Shown here one piece after another: positions 12,201 to 25,600 of a DNA stretch of 64,000 nucleotides. Source of the DNA: Botryllus schlosseri (Eukaryota); NCBI GenBank assembly GCA_051294905.1, contig CM119378.1, forward strand, positions 2,482,001 to 2,546,000. Direction: 5' to 3'. Below the pieces are notes generated by a model. It was not told the DNA's origin. It did no database searches and was given only the letters and a program-made list of their open reading frames with translations. Position 1 is the stretch's first letter. Each line of letters starts with the position of its first letter. The position numbers were made by a program, and so were the translations under genes.

Positions 12201-15200
12201 GACGTATTTGTTCGAAATTATATACAGAACAGCCTACATATTCACGGAGACACATGCGCAATTACCGTTACCAGTTAACTGCTCTGAAATGTATGTATCG
12301 AAAATTATATTACGTGTTGTTCACAAAACCTCATTTTTAACTCTGGATGCCAATCATGGCGTCACAAACCCATCCAGCAAGACTAGTTTGACGTGAAATA
12401 ACGATTTCGCGAAATTTTGGGCGATACTGGTATAGGTTTACAATGCGTTTTATGTTGCAGTTATAGGCGATTGTCTTGCGTACTGGTGTGGCTGTGTGTC
12501 TTGTGTAGACAAACTAGCAAATAGTTGCTCTGTGATGACAAAAGTGCTTTGGTAGTGGGGAACAGGACCGTAACAGCCGCACCCCAAACCCCCCAATTTT
12601 GGGAGGCGAGCTCGAAGAGACCCAAAATTATTTCGTGAATTAACATAAATCAGGTATTTTTTTGGAAATTTATGCCAATTTTTCAAAGATTTTTGGCGCT
12701 GCGTGCGCGATTTATTATTGCCGAATATCTGATTATTGGGTACCCGTCCCCCACGAAAATACCAATTTGAAATCGTATGTGCCTTTTAGTTTTGGCGATT
12801 TCCATATCTTTTGACATAGTAGATACAGGAGGTCACGAAATAGCATAACAAAACAAAGTCAATATACCAACGTGTCCGCCCGAATATGTTTAATTCTTAT
12901 TTAGAGGTCCTACCATTTCCAACACACCTCACTCAGCTCTACCGGTGAATCTGATTACCTGAGCAGAGAGGGGATATAAAATTCATAACAAACTATATGC
13001 AATTCCCGATCATATTGACCGATTCAAACACGAATTATATAAATTTTTCGCGCTTCGTCAACATGATGTGACGCACTAAACAGTAGACCAAATGCAGCTG
13101 ACAAGTAGCGGAAAAAAGCGTACAGGCTAAGCGGGTTCTTGGGGGCTTCGCCCCCCAGAAGTTGGGTTTATCACCCTGTGGGGGCCCAAGACCAACGTTT
13201 TTTTGGGGGGGGGGCTGACGAAGTGCTGATACGGTCCTGGTGGGGAATGAAGGCTCGGAATAAATCTGAAGTGGGGAATGAAGACAAAAAGGTTGGGAAC
13301 CACTGTTTTAGTTTATGGCGAGTCCGAGTACCATGTCTAAGGAGTATAATTTGAGCCGGCGTTATGAGTAAAACCATGCAGTGAATGCATACACACGGCC
13401 AATGCGGACCTGCTAGAGAAGCTAGCAAAACAGCAAGACTATTTTAACAAGCCACATAGAGCTGGGTACGGAGACTTCCTGCGTTAAGCTGACTGATACA
13501 AAGCTTGTTGCAATAAGAAGGGACATTGTTAATTCATATGATGACACAACGGAATAATTAAACAATAATGAATACACTTCCTTCAGTAAGAATAGAGACA
13601 ATCTACCATTCCATAAACGAAACCAATGAATCATAGCGCTTCGATACAGTTATAAGTAAATGAGATGCCTGAATAAAACCATTATGCTGATACAATGCTT
13701 GCTTTCTGTCAGCAATTGCAAGTTACATTGTTAGTTGATATGATGACACCACAGAATAATTCATTCTTGGGCTGCATTGAACATTCAACAATACTGAATA
13801 CATTTCTGCATCAATCAAGACTCTGTACCATGCCATAAATCAAATCAATGAATCATTGCTCTTAGATCAAATTGTAAGAGAATGTGATGCCTGAATAAAA
13901 ATATTAGCTGATTTCGATACAATGCCTGTTTTTTCTCTCAGCAATTATAAATCATATTGTTAGTTGATATGACACAACAGGATAAGTCAATTCTTGGGGT
14001 GCATTCAAGAATATTGAATACATTTCAGCATCACTCAAAACACAGTACCATGCATAAACCAAATCAATGAATATTGAGCTGAATTGAACATTTAACAATA
14101 TTGAATACAATTCTGTATCAGTTAAGACAATGTACCATACAAACTAAATCAATGAATCTTGAGCTGCATTCACCATTAAACAATATAAAATATATTTCAC
14201 ATTTCAGTAAGAATCAAGACAAACATAAACCAAATCAATGAATCTTGAGCTGAATTGAACATTCAACAACATTAAATATATTTTAGCTAGGATCAAGACA
14301 CTGTACAATACAATATATCTATCAATAGATAAAATTGTGATCGTAAGATGCCTGAATTGAAGGTTCACATTAGGTTAGGGTTGCCATACGTCTGGAATTT
14401 CCCGGACATGTCCGGAATTTCACTGAAAAATCTGCGTCCGGGAGGAATTTCTAAAATATGCCTAAATGTCAGGAATTTTGAAGGCTTGGAGTAGGCTCAA
14501 ATTTTTTTCGTAAATTAACATAAACAATATTATTTTCTAGCAAATTTATGCTATTCAAAATTCTTCTTCGTGCCGCGCGCGCGTTAATGCAACGTATATT
14601 GATATTAGTATGGGCACCAGGCATTATCCTCGCAAAAACTGCAATCGCAATAAATAAACTTATTTCAGTAAATGATGGTTATTTATATTTAATTTTAATT
14701 TAATTTAATTGTAATCGCAATGATAAGCTAACGGTATATTCCTAGAGTTGGTTAAGGCCGATTGGATGCTTCAGTCACAGTCAATGGTTCCAAATCTTGG
14801 GGTCGTTTGTCTTCATCTGGAGATCGCGATGATGTTGGACGTAATCAGCTTCCTTGACCGTGAGTAAGTTTGGGCAAGCTGATATTTTTAAGCAATCAGC
14901 TTCAGCTTATCAAGTTTTTACCTGGGCCACTAAACATTCTCAAGTTGGAAATGAAGTCGCGACCATAAAAGTTGGAAATCACCGGATGTGCAACCTGCTG
15001 GTGCATTTCATAGCAGCCTAATATATGGAAGAATCAATATTATTTACCCTATGGTGGGCCCAACATCAGTGCCTTTTTCAGGCGGAAGGGGGCAGAATAA
15101 AATGTTGTTTCGGTCCAGATTTAAAAATAAAACAGATAGCCGCACCGACCTAACAGTATAGCAGGGCTGTCAAACACAATTCTGGTAGGCCAGACACGGC

Positions 15201-18200
15201 CCGCCAGACGATTTCAGCCGGCCCGTGGAGGAATTCATTGCAGACCCTAGCAAGTAGCAATCAACAGAGCTCACATTACAGATGGCTCAATTCATGACCT
15301 ACGGTCCACTCCATTTGTATACAGGTGAGGGGCAATGCTTTGCTAGTGTGACGTCATATTGACAGACAACGTGTTACGGCTCATTTTGAATCCGCTAGTG
15401 GGCGCTAAAGAGTGTCCGGAATTTGCTCCACGAAAATATGGTAACCCTACATTAGGCTGACCTGCCATCATTGACACCAAGCTTGCTTTGTACACATTTG
15501 TCAGCGTTCCAAGTTCGCCCGTTCCAAGAATTGTTTTCATATGAACACTATCTCCGCATGCTTCCTTACAAGCTTTCACCTCGTCGTAAACACCTGCGCA
15601 AGAATAACAGGCTGGATCATACTAAACTCAATGATGTTAAGTGCTAAAGATGCTTGCAAGTGATGGATGGTCAGGGAAAACTATAATCACATACAATACT
15701 TAGTAAAACGGCATCTGAAATGACTAGTGTGAACATACTGTTTCCAATAGATTGATACTCCAGACTAGTGACCTGGCAGTTGGAATTGGGCTGGCTAGTT
15801 TCAAAATTTGTAGACAAAGACCAGCAATGGATGCACGGTACCGCAACCAGGGCTATGAAGTCCGGTTTGCGACAAATTTTCTCTCAATGGAGTTGGAGTC
15901 ACAGTAATTTTGTAACACTCTTTAGTCAGAGTAGGAAAACACTTCTTGCGTGGCTGACTGGCTGTGGAATCATAGTAGATTGTGTCCATTTTTCTTAGTT
16001 TAGGAAAATCAAGTTTTGATAACTTTTTCTTTCTTTATATCAGTAGCCTATATGAATGAAAATCATCGCCAAATGAAAATTTTACAAAAACCTGAATTTC
16101 TCAAAATATGAAAAATGGACATAATTTACTTTGACTTCAACTAACGTAACTTCAACTTCAACTACTTTAAAATTACCGTAAACTAAATGCTCTCAAATTT
16201 TACTAAAAAGTGCGGTTCCAGTTACAGAAGCTATCAAGTTTTTCATGTATTGCAAAAGCATAATGACAACTACTAGGAATCAATATTTTAAAAAATTGTA
16301 ATAGACATATAATTTTCTCAATAGATTTACAGGGATGTCAGGGTCGGTAGAGTGACCCGAGTCCACAGCCACGGCCGGGACATAAGTGAAACAGTCGAAT
16401 CCCAAAAGTAGTGTAAGCACAGTCAGACTGAATTCTCTCGCTCCAGAAACCTGACAAAATAATCAGAGCAATCTACCTTTCCAATCGCCTGCAAGCGCTT
16501 TGCTTCTCGATATAACGATATCAATTTCAGTCGCCCCATCTTCGATCGCACGTTTTATCTCAAGAATTCGAGTTTCGAAAGGCGTCTGCCCGGAAGGGAA
16601 TCCCGTCGCCACTACAAATTTGGTACAGGAATTCAACAGTCACGAATCTCAACTTCAACATGATCGACCCATGTCAAACACACAAATGATATGCATGATC
16701 TATTTTAGCATGTAATCAAGAACCAAAATGATGTATGAATGCAAATTTGAATGCTATGATAAGGAGAAATTATATCACAATGAATCTCAATGACAAAGAA
16801 TGGATCTCACTGGACCGTGATTTAGAAATCAAAACCAGAGTATTTCTGAAGAGCTTCTTGGAGGTACAAAACTTTAATATACAATTGAATAATATATTTA
16901 AATTGAAATAAACCCGAAAATTTTGGACTGATACTCGTCATCGGTAATTGTCAGCCGAACATATTCGGGTTTATTTCAATATGAATATTCAATTAAAATG
17001 TATCTGTAAACTAACAATATGGAGGCGAGCAAAGAAGTACTATAGCCGTCTTGAAAACAATCAGCGCCCATGATTTTACATTGAGATCACATATCGCAAA
17101 GAAAATTTGGGGAACACGTGAGCAATACACAGCAGGATATCATCATACAAAATATTTAAATAATTTGCTACAGAAAGTATTTTACCTGAAGCAACAGGAA
17201 TATTTGCAACACCGGCCGCTTTCAGATACGATACAGCTTCCTTTACCCTGGCTGGGTACACACAGACTGCACCGACAGTGATACCTACAAAATATATACA
17301 AATAGGCTTACGTCATGAGACAAAAAATTGAGACGGGGATTTTTCTCTTGAGTAAGATAAATGAGTAGGCCTATAACATGAATGCAAGTCCTTCGACATC
17401 ACCCAAGAGTTTAACATAACTAAGTTGAACCCATCTTGAACTCAATAATGAACAGTTGACTTGGACTCTTGACTCGAGTCTCAACACTATGACTCAAGAC
17501 TCGACGCATTGTTTGGTAACTTGGTTACAACCCTGATCCAAATCAAGTTAAGTCATTTAAAAAATGTTACTATATGAATGTCATAAAAATAGGACAATAC
17601 TACTCCATGTCATAGTCAATAGATATATATAAGAAGCTTCACGAAAAAATCACTCTGAACCTCCAATGAAAAGCATTTGGCATCAGATAAAAGTGTAAAA
17701 TTATAACCTATCTATGGATCAAATTATTTAATCAATTTGACTAGGAGAATAAGGTAGAGTTACCAAGATCTTTAACGTCCATAGCGTCTATCAGATCGTC
17801 ACGAATGGGATGCTGAGCTTTGTAGCACAGTCGTTGAACATTTGAAAAAGTGTCATCACCAGACAAAGTCGTCAGATCGATGCAAGTCGTAGCACGGAGC
17901 AGCCAAGCAGCCTGGGATTGGATATATAAGTCAGGATTCTCAATAGTGTAAACTGTACATTACAGATTTGCATTTATATATATATTGACTTCTTCCCAGG
18001 CAGAAGGCAATTAACAAAAAGTAGCTTAACTGCACTGAGGACTGAAGAAGAATGAATAGTAATCAGGCAAGGTAATCCGATGCAAATCTTGGACCTTGGG
18101 CTTTCAAACTTGAGATTTTTGAGTAAAAACATGGTCTTATTTGACATATGCAATTTCAGATCAATGCTGCAGTAATATTCAACAGTGCTATGCATTCATT

Positions 18201-18725
18201 TCATCACAATATTATATAGCTTCCAATAAAATCATAATTACAAACTAAAGAAATATGCATTGAGGATTTATGGTAGCCTTCAGCATTCATAAAGTCAAAA
18301 AATGCACGCAAGATTTCAAAATATTAGCTCCGATTCATACACTGCATTGTCCAACCTGCCATGCTTTTTTGACGGTTCTCTTTTTAGGGAGTGACTCAGC
18401 TCTTCGATTTACTGCTGGTAAGTTGACTGCACTCTTTCCTACCCAATCAAGATCTGTAACAAAATGACAGGGATTTTTGCCTTGAATTTTCGCAGAAATG
18501 TCAAATGTGAAAAACGTATAATAGGAAATCCGAACATATATAGGCCTACAATATATAATGGTATACTAAACAATATTTCATTTTAATGAAGCACTAGAGA
18601 TGAGGCAATCCTTCTTGAATGAGAGGCTGGTACCAACAGGAGTTGAGGACAATATTAAGGCTTATCTCAAAATTAACAATTATAATAATCTTACCCAGAT
18701 CAATACCAGGGTTTCTCGAACACAT
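9182..18725 (-). CDS. DERA: Deoxyribose-phosphate aldolase (2-deoxy-D-ribose 5-phosphate aldolase), complete, 9 coding exons, 320 aa
   Basis: Exons 18695-18725, 18356-18453, 17764-17911, 17186-17284, 16477-16611, 15462-15593, 9998-10110, 9775-9924 and 9182-9238 have GT-AG boundaries and compatible phases (963 nt). Motifs IDLTTLSGDDT, AVCVYP, ATGFPSGQ, GATEIDIV, KTILGTGEL, DFIKTSTGK (Schiff-base Lys), GFKPAGGI, FRIGASSLL; C-terminus IYHYVTGRYAASHQLPMA. Confidence 0.97.
9775..9924 (-). CDS. DERA: DERA exon 8 (VGFKPAGGIR...DIERQ)
   Basis: ttgaag acceptor, gtgcgg donor, 150 nt. Confidence 0.95.
9998..10110 (-). CDS. DERA: DERA exon 7 (GSDFIKTSTGK...TGFK)
   Basis: tcacag acceptor, gtgggt donor, 113 nt. 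Confidence 0.95.
10670..14360. repeat. Degenerate tandem repeat (unit up to about 190 bp) in DERA intron 6, interrupted at about 11630-13500
   Basis: Recurrent core TGCATTGAACATT...AATATTGAATACATTTCAGTAAGAAT...ACTGTACCATACCATAAATCAAATCAATGAATCAT, about 10 copies. Confidence 0.8.
12135..13305. mobile_element. 1171-bp non-autonomous hAT (Charlie-like)
   Basis: TIR CAGTGGTTCCCAA; perfect TSD TTTTAGTT. Confidence 0.9.
14376..15449. mobile_element. Non-autonomous hAT-type element next to the DERA exon 6 donor
   Basis: TIR TAGGGTTRCCATA; TSD CATTAGGT/CATTAGGC. Confidence 0.88.
15462..15593 (-). CDS. DERA: DERA exon 6 (GVYDEVKACKEACG...SMMA)
   Basis: gcgcag acceptor, gtcagc donor, 132 nt. Confidence 0.95.
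16477..16611 (-). CDS. DERA: DERA exon 5 (VATGFPSGQ...GDWK)
   Basis: ttgtag acceptor, gtagat donor, 135 nt. Confidence 0.95.
17186..17284 (-). CDS. DERA: DERA exon 4 (GITVGAVCVYPARV...)
   Basis: ttgtag acceptor, gtaaaa donor, 99 nt. Confidence 0.95.
17764..17911 (-). CDS. DERA: DERA exon 3 (AAWLLRATTCIDLTTLSGDD...)
   Basis: cccag acceptor, gtaact donor, 148 nt. Confidence 0.95.
18356..18453 (-). CDS. DERA: DERA exon 2 (DLDWVGKSAVNLPAV...KKAWQ)
   Basis: gttacag acceptor, gttgga donor, 98 nt. Confidence 0.93.
18695..18725 (-). CDS. DERA: DERA exon 1 (MCSRNPGIDL)
   Basis: ATG at 18725-18723, gtaaga donor, 31 nt. Confidence 0.85.
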
Positions 18726-20229
18726 CTCGGGTATCTGTGACAGATTGAGGCTTTCCAAGTAAAAGTAGGTATAGGCAACCTTCAAGTTCCAAATCAAGTC
18801 CGAACTTTCAAACACGTTATTGTTGACAGCGTTAACTTTGCTTCTTGTATCTTGATAATACTGGTTCAAATCGTAAGAGACACCGAGAAGAAATTAAAGA
18901 GGTCATGAAAACAAAGTACGTATTTAATTTGTCTATATTTCCATGTCAGTATACACTGATCATAGCATGGACAATTGGATATCCCTAAAACGCCGAAAAG
19001 ACAAAACGGCGATAAAACAAACAATTTTTATTCCTGGAAATCGCCGAGACAGCGGAAGATGCAGAAAGAGAGACTCGGCGGATGGCAGTTCTAAAACGCG
19101 GAAACAGCGGGAAATGAACATTCACCATAGTGTCCTATTATAGATAACCAACCTACGTAGGTTGGTTATCTATGGTCCTATGCTCACAGCATTTGAGTTA
19201 CGTCATACTTTCGATTTGACCAAAGGCAACTCTACGGCCATTTTTTACCGGCTTGCCAAGCGCTAAATTTGATAAAACGTATATCAATGGAAAGCTGCTG
19301 TTGTCTGGAATCGAGCCCATGCCGTCTGGGCGGTATAGGCGCTTATCGTCACCACTAGGCCTGGAGCATGTAAATTTAAGAGGCATATATAGACCTACAC
19401 AGTACACACTGAATGAAAAGTAATAGACGAAACCATAAAAGAATAAGCGATGAACGTGAATATGGCACATGCAGGACCGTAACCGCAGTTCATCGGCTGC
19501 CCCCAAAACGTTGGTCTTGGTCCCCCCATGGGGTGATATGGAACATGAGGCTTCGCCCCCGAGACGACCAATCAGGTTGGTCGTGTTTGCCACGTCATAT
19601 AATTGACAGCTATTGTACTGTTTAGACTCAGAGAGACGCATTACTTCGCCCAAACGCGTAAGGCGCGAAAATTTTCAACTATTCATGATTGAATCGGTCA
19701 ATATGTTCGGGAATTGCCTAAATGTTGGTATCAATTTTTTATCCTCCCTGCTCACGTAATCAGATTTACTGTTGTAGCTGAATGCGGTGTCTTGGAAACT
19801 GTGGGGCCCGTAATAATTGAACATATTCGGGCGATATAATGGCCTACCTTCATTGCAAGATGTTGTTTTGTGACCTCCTGTCTGCTATATCAAAAGATAT
19901 TGAAGTTCAAGTTTATTATTCATAATATTTCATCACTTCAAAACAATTTGACAATTTGTTTAAGTTGCATAAATTTCCAAAAATACCCTAAAGTTTATGC
20001 TAATTTACGAAATAATATCGGCCCCCCTTCGAGCGCGGGATACCCCCAATCAGTGGATTTGGGGTGCGGCAGTTACGGTGCTGGGCATATGCCGAAGGCG
20101 AAGTCGATACGCCAGCTCGCGGTCCGGTAATTTCGAAGGATGGCTGGTATTTTGGCATCCTGCACACCCACTTCAATGTGGATAGAGGACATGCTTGACG
20201 ATTGGTGGGCTTTGACGGGATAGAGCTCC

Positions 20230-20538
20230 TTATTGTTTGCTGTTTGCTTGTTTGTGGTAATTAGGGTGTTAGTCGACTACTAAGGTCATTTACACCAGCC
20301 CAATTTCAGTTATTTTGTTCCGTAGCTGCCGACTTTTAGCACGGCCAACTTCAAGACCTTTTATAAGACACCTCTTGCACGGATGACATGGCGAGGAGGA
20401 GGAGATGATGGAGGAGAGGATGAGGAGCCTAGATAAACCTCCAACACTTGTGTCCGAATTCTGGAGTCTGACGGACTCGAACCCACAACCCATCGGTGTT
20501 GCAGCTGTGGATTTTACCACTACGCTATCTCACCACGG
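20230..20538 (-). mobile_element. tRNA-derived SINE, copy 1
   Basis: Minus-strand A box TAGCGTAGTGG and B box GGTTCGAGTCC; CAAA-rich tail; flanking GAGCTCC repeat. Confidence 0.8.
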
Positions 20539-20844
20539 GAGCTCCGCATTCGGAATCGGTGATGTCCATAGTGGCCATTTCCGCATATAGGCGAAAATCA
20601 GTGCTAATCCTGTGTGGTTTACTTTTATACGCTGTTTCAGCATTCAAGTCGAAATACAAGCGATTTCATCTAGATGAATACTGGTCACTGGTCAGCCTTC
20701 AGGATTACCGGACCACGACCTAATATCGATCTCGCCTTCCGCTACATGCAACTTAGTTGTCGCTTGCCCGTTATATTTTCAGCTTTTCTTTTCATTCAGT
20801 GTACACTGTACATGCCTCTTCTCTACTTCACCTAGGCCAAGGTT

Positions 20845-21195
20845 GGTGTCTGATTTCAAAGACTACTCCAAGTCCTTTCTACACCTTCCTACCTTTTCGT
20901 TGTATCGCAGTTTTGTGGTGTTTTGCAATTATGAAAATGTTAATAAACTGATACTGATTCTGATAGAAATCGTTTCCGTTTATTCAGATTTTCTCTTATG
21001 TGTAGATCCGTCCGCTCTTTTCACAGCAATACGGCTGTTCCGCTTAATATTGAAAACACAATTGCGAGTCTTTATTCTCATCAGTATCAGCATCAGTTTA
21101 TTAATAATTTTACCATTTCAAAACACCACAAGATTGCGATACAATGAAAAGATAGGAAGGTGTCGAAACGATATGGTAGTCTTTGAAAATGCGCG
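20845..21195. mobile_element. Foldback MITE with about 120-bp imperfect inverted arms
   Basis: TTTCAAAGACTAC...TTGTATCGCA...GTGGTGTTTTG...TTAATAAACTGAT mirrored on the right; related fragments near 4120 and 5720. Confidence 0.7.
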
Positions 21196-22688
21196 ATTAG
21201 TTGAAATTTGATATTGGTGCATATGTTACCTGTATTCCCAGCGACGATTAAGTTAATTGGAATATAGAAGGTCCCGTTCAAACGAATCGAATACAATCCT
21301 AATTTTGATGCTGAGAAGCTGATGTAGTTCAACGCCCTACACAGCACACAGCACATTTTGAACACGGGGATGCGACACTCATGGGTGCAAACCCAGTGCA
21401 AACTGCAAATACAATGTAATTTAGAGAAAAGGAACGTGAACTTGCTCGTCCGATGGAGAGAGGAGATGGTGTTTCTCAAGAGCATTCGGGTTGAAATCGA
21501 CGTTTCTACCGAGATGGCGTCGCTTCGTCTGATTACGAATCACTGATTACAAATTACTGATGCACATTGTACCTCTAAAATGGTCGTTCGTTTTGTCAAA
21601 TGAGCATCAGTGCCTTCTGCGGCAGACATGTGATAATTTGTTTTCGAACCACAGATGGATTTTTTTTTGTGTGCGGCGCGGATTTTGTGTGTGCGCAGAC
21701 TGTGTCAGCAGTGCGCATGCGCACGCAGAGCTCAGAGGGAAAATGCTACTTGGCGATGTAGTACTGGTCAAAAATATTTTTTGGTCCGTTTAAGACAGGG
21801 TTTGGAGCCATGTTAGCCTGATATTTTTAATTGCAATCTTTAGGAACCAACAGCGCCAATCCAATATGACATCACAATTGAATATTCACGACGTCACGAC
21901 TAAAGACAACAAAAACAATAGAAAACATGTTATAATCAAGTGCAACCTTTTAAACATGTTTCTTTGTTTTAAATGCCACCCTACCTATGCGCGTGACGCG
22001 CGGTCCGATGCGCGAATTTACCGTACGAATTTCGGGTGTGTATAAAGTAAACCATCCGGGTAAATCGTAGACATTGTGTACAGTACATCATTGATCGTGG
22101 GTCAGGACTAAAATGAAACTTCTGGCCCCGCATGTTACTATGTATAGAAATCGGATGCTAACATTCGACCATCGTGTTCGTAGAGTGCTATGATAAGTAG
22201 GGTGATTTTTTCGACCTAAAAAGGGAAGATTTTGACCTAAAAACTCAAAATCTTGACACATTTTACACGAAAAAAACTATATTTTAACGAAATCTGGACC
22301 TACGAAGAATTCCAGTAGTTACATCACGCATTATGGTACAGAAATAATTAAAATTTGTTGCAGCAGAACGAAAGATACTTTCCTACATTCTCGGTAAGAA
22401 AGTGTCTGTCCTTACTAAGTATAGCTAGCCAAGAATGGAGGAAGTACGTTCAACAGCAGCAGTTGTTGGCTGGCAACACTGAAGTTGTGCGTACACTGCT
22501 GGTGACACACCGTATTGATTCATTCTGACAATGTTGTCTACATCACAATTTTTCATCATGCGCTTCTTGATATAAGAACCAATGCCCACACAGTCTTGCT
22601 TCAATTAGGATATTGCGGTGCGTTGAGCATAACACCATGTCAACCTATTTGTTTCATTACCGTTTATGATTCGCAATAAGCAGATAAT

Positions 22689-25600
22689 CACTGATGGTCG
22701 ACATAATTTTTCTTTTCTGGCCAAAATAATGACCATTAGATCAATTTTCGTACGCTGATTACGAATACGAAGTCGCTTTTTTTCTCTCACGTCAGGATTT
22801 TTTATAATTTGTGATTTAAAATTTTGCATTTTAGTGCTAAAGAAGCCTGTTCTGTGACGTATTCCTTGCTGTTTGGTCATAGCTATCACCATTGTGACGT
22901 CATGAGCGGTGGTCAAAGTACATACCATAGTTACTCAAGTAGAAGTAGAGGTGATGGCGTCAATTTCTACGCAAGTAGAAGTAGATGTAACGACGTCAAT
23001 TTCTACTCAGTAAAAGTAACTTTTTACAAGTGTGTAAAAAAGTCATTATATAGGCCCAGATTTTGATATCACCATCAATTTAATAATATTTTCTTCCCTT
23101 CAAAACATCACAAGACCACGACTTGGAGTAGTCTTTGAAATCAGACAAAGTGCGGTCCGCGGGCCAGATGCGGCCCGCGAAGCTATTCTGTGCGGCCCGC
23201 GAAGCTATTCTGTGCGGCCCGCGAAAGGTTGCCTGGAATTCAAAACATAAAACTTGCATTCTGAATGATTAAAACCATAGGCTGTATCAACTGAACAGGA
23301 AATTTGTTTAGTTGGAAGCCTGTTTATTAATATGCGACGATTACGCTGCCTACGTACCTCACATCCGTAATCCAGATTCAAAATAAAGGCAATGCGGCAA
23401 AGTATGAGTAGCAATTGAAGTCACAAGAAATCACTTTGTCCATATAGTTTAGTTCAAATCTTCTTTGTTGCCATTGTCATATTACGCATTATGCGGTATG
23501 TGTTTCAAATTGTTACGTGATACGTTTTCAAATCCCTAATTCGTAAAACAAGTCAATCGATCAGTGCTCGCAATTGCTATATGACATCATATCTATCACC
23601 CATAAAGGATTAACGAGCATGCCAAAAAAGCCGAAAACTGAAATTCAAAGACGGTTTAGACTTTAGAGCATCAATCATTTGTATACTGGAGTCAGGGTGA
23701 AACCCGTCCTTTTAGTTTTTGCCGAACATGTCTCCGAGATTAAGGATTTTAATTATAATCGGTCTTATGACAAAATCACGAAACACTCAGTCAAGCGAGG
23801 GCAAAGTTCATAAAAACTGCAAGCTTCGCTCAATATCAGGACTATTTAAGCTGCACACTGCTAGGAAGGCAGCGATCAAGAAAATAAGCTTTTTACTATG
23901 GCATATACATTTCAGCGCAGTGGTTCTCGAACTGGGGAGCGTAAAGACATTAGAAGGGTGTGCGAAGCCGCAGTTTAATGAAAAATGTTTTAACGTTCGG
24001 CGCCAGTTGCCCCGAGCTCATAGTTTTTGCTCTGTGTATTGTCCGACTTTGATATTTCAGAATTCTCTCATCAAAAACAGCCATAATCTTCCACGTCATC
24101 AAACTATCCGTTGGGATTGCTAGCGTTCTGGTTGCACTTATTAATATTTTGTGATATCATGATAAGAGGGGCGCGAAATTTTTTAGTATCATAAAAGGAG
24201 GAGTGCCTAAAAAAGTGAACCACTGTTTTAAAATGTTAATAGAATAACATGGATAGGGGTTTAAGTAGAGTTAAAAATGTTTCATGTTTCCAATCATGAC
24301 GGCAAATAGATATTTTTTTCTCATTACCTAACATCAACACATTCACTGAGCAGCATTCAACAATGCAATTTAGAAATAAAATTTAAATACGCTGGATAAT
24401 ATAGCTCGTCCCGCCAATGTATTTTTTACTTCTCATTTGGCCCGCAGAGGAAAATAATTGCCCACCCCTGGCTAGGCGATGTAAAGAAGAGGTATGCACA
24501 GCACAATGAATGAAAAATAAAGCGACATTGAGGCTGTGAAGCATTTGAAAACAAAAATGTTTGCCCTTTGGTGTGCCGATATGGTTTGGAGACAGCCACA
24601 TGGACATGGAAAAGATTGTTACTTTTTCTCTTTTTAAAAAAAATTTAATGTCAAAAATCAGCATAACATTCAATATCCAATTTGACTTGTGCAATACGAC
24701 CGATTCCTCATGGGCCAGATGTTACAATTGCATTGCCTTCAAAAATTTTACCAGCAGTTGACCAAAAATTCTCTCGGTAGAGTATTTGTCTAAAGAATGA
24801 TCTCAGCATGAATGTGATGGTGATCAGCAGCTATATAAAGTTGAATCAAGCTGAACTGAATAACTGTGTCAAAAATTTGAATTTGCCAAATGAATCTGCT
24901 CTTATTGTAGGCTCCAGATTAAAAGCCAAACATATTGCCTACTTTGCACTGATACCACTTTTGCTTGTTATATGCATCGTGATAGTGATTACGCTCTCTT
25001 CATTGCCGGCGAACCCTATTTAGTATATTGTGTCGATGTCTAAGATATCATAGAGACATTGGGAACCTTGAATTGCGCCTCTTTATTTATGCATCAAGCC
25101 TAAAAGCTGTTTTGCCGCACAATACAAATCAATGTGCTTTTATCCCTGTAGCTGGTACAGCTGGCATCAAGAGGTCTTACGAGAATATCAAATTTGGAAT
25201 AAAGTATTCAAACTACTCAAACGTGTAAAGTTTCCGTTGATTGTGAACTCATAAATGTACTGCTGGTTCAACGATCTAGAACTACAAGGTATCCTTGTTT
25301 TATGTGTGAATGTTTTAAGGCCTGCTCTTATCGACACGTCTAATGTTGTATTTCCACCATTATAGTTTAAACTGTATCTCATGAAAAAGTTTTTAAAAGC
25401 TCTGATCAAAGAGAGTACACGTTTTAAATACATTCACGAAACGTTTCTTCACTTGAGTGCTGTTACAGTTGAAGAGGGTGCATTTGTTGGATCTCAAATC
25501 AGAATACTCACCAAAACCCCTATTTCTTATTGGGAAGTCGGATTTGGAAAAAATACACGACTCTCCCTCATTGAAGTTGCATCTAAATTTCTTGAAATAC

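Noticed and set aside
16880..16995. AT-rich hairpin in DERA intron 4 as a possible pre-miRNA
   Set aside because: More simply a decayed small MITE; no evidence of processing is available from sequence alone.
20440..20538. Possible tRNA gene (A and B boxes, CTGCAA loop)
   Set aside because: The acceptor stem does not appear to pair, and the sequence continues into a body shared with other copies; treated as a SINE head.
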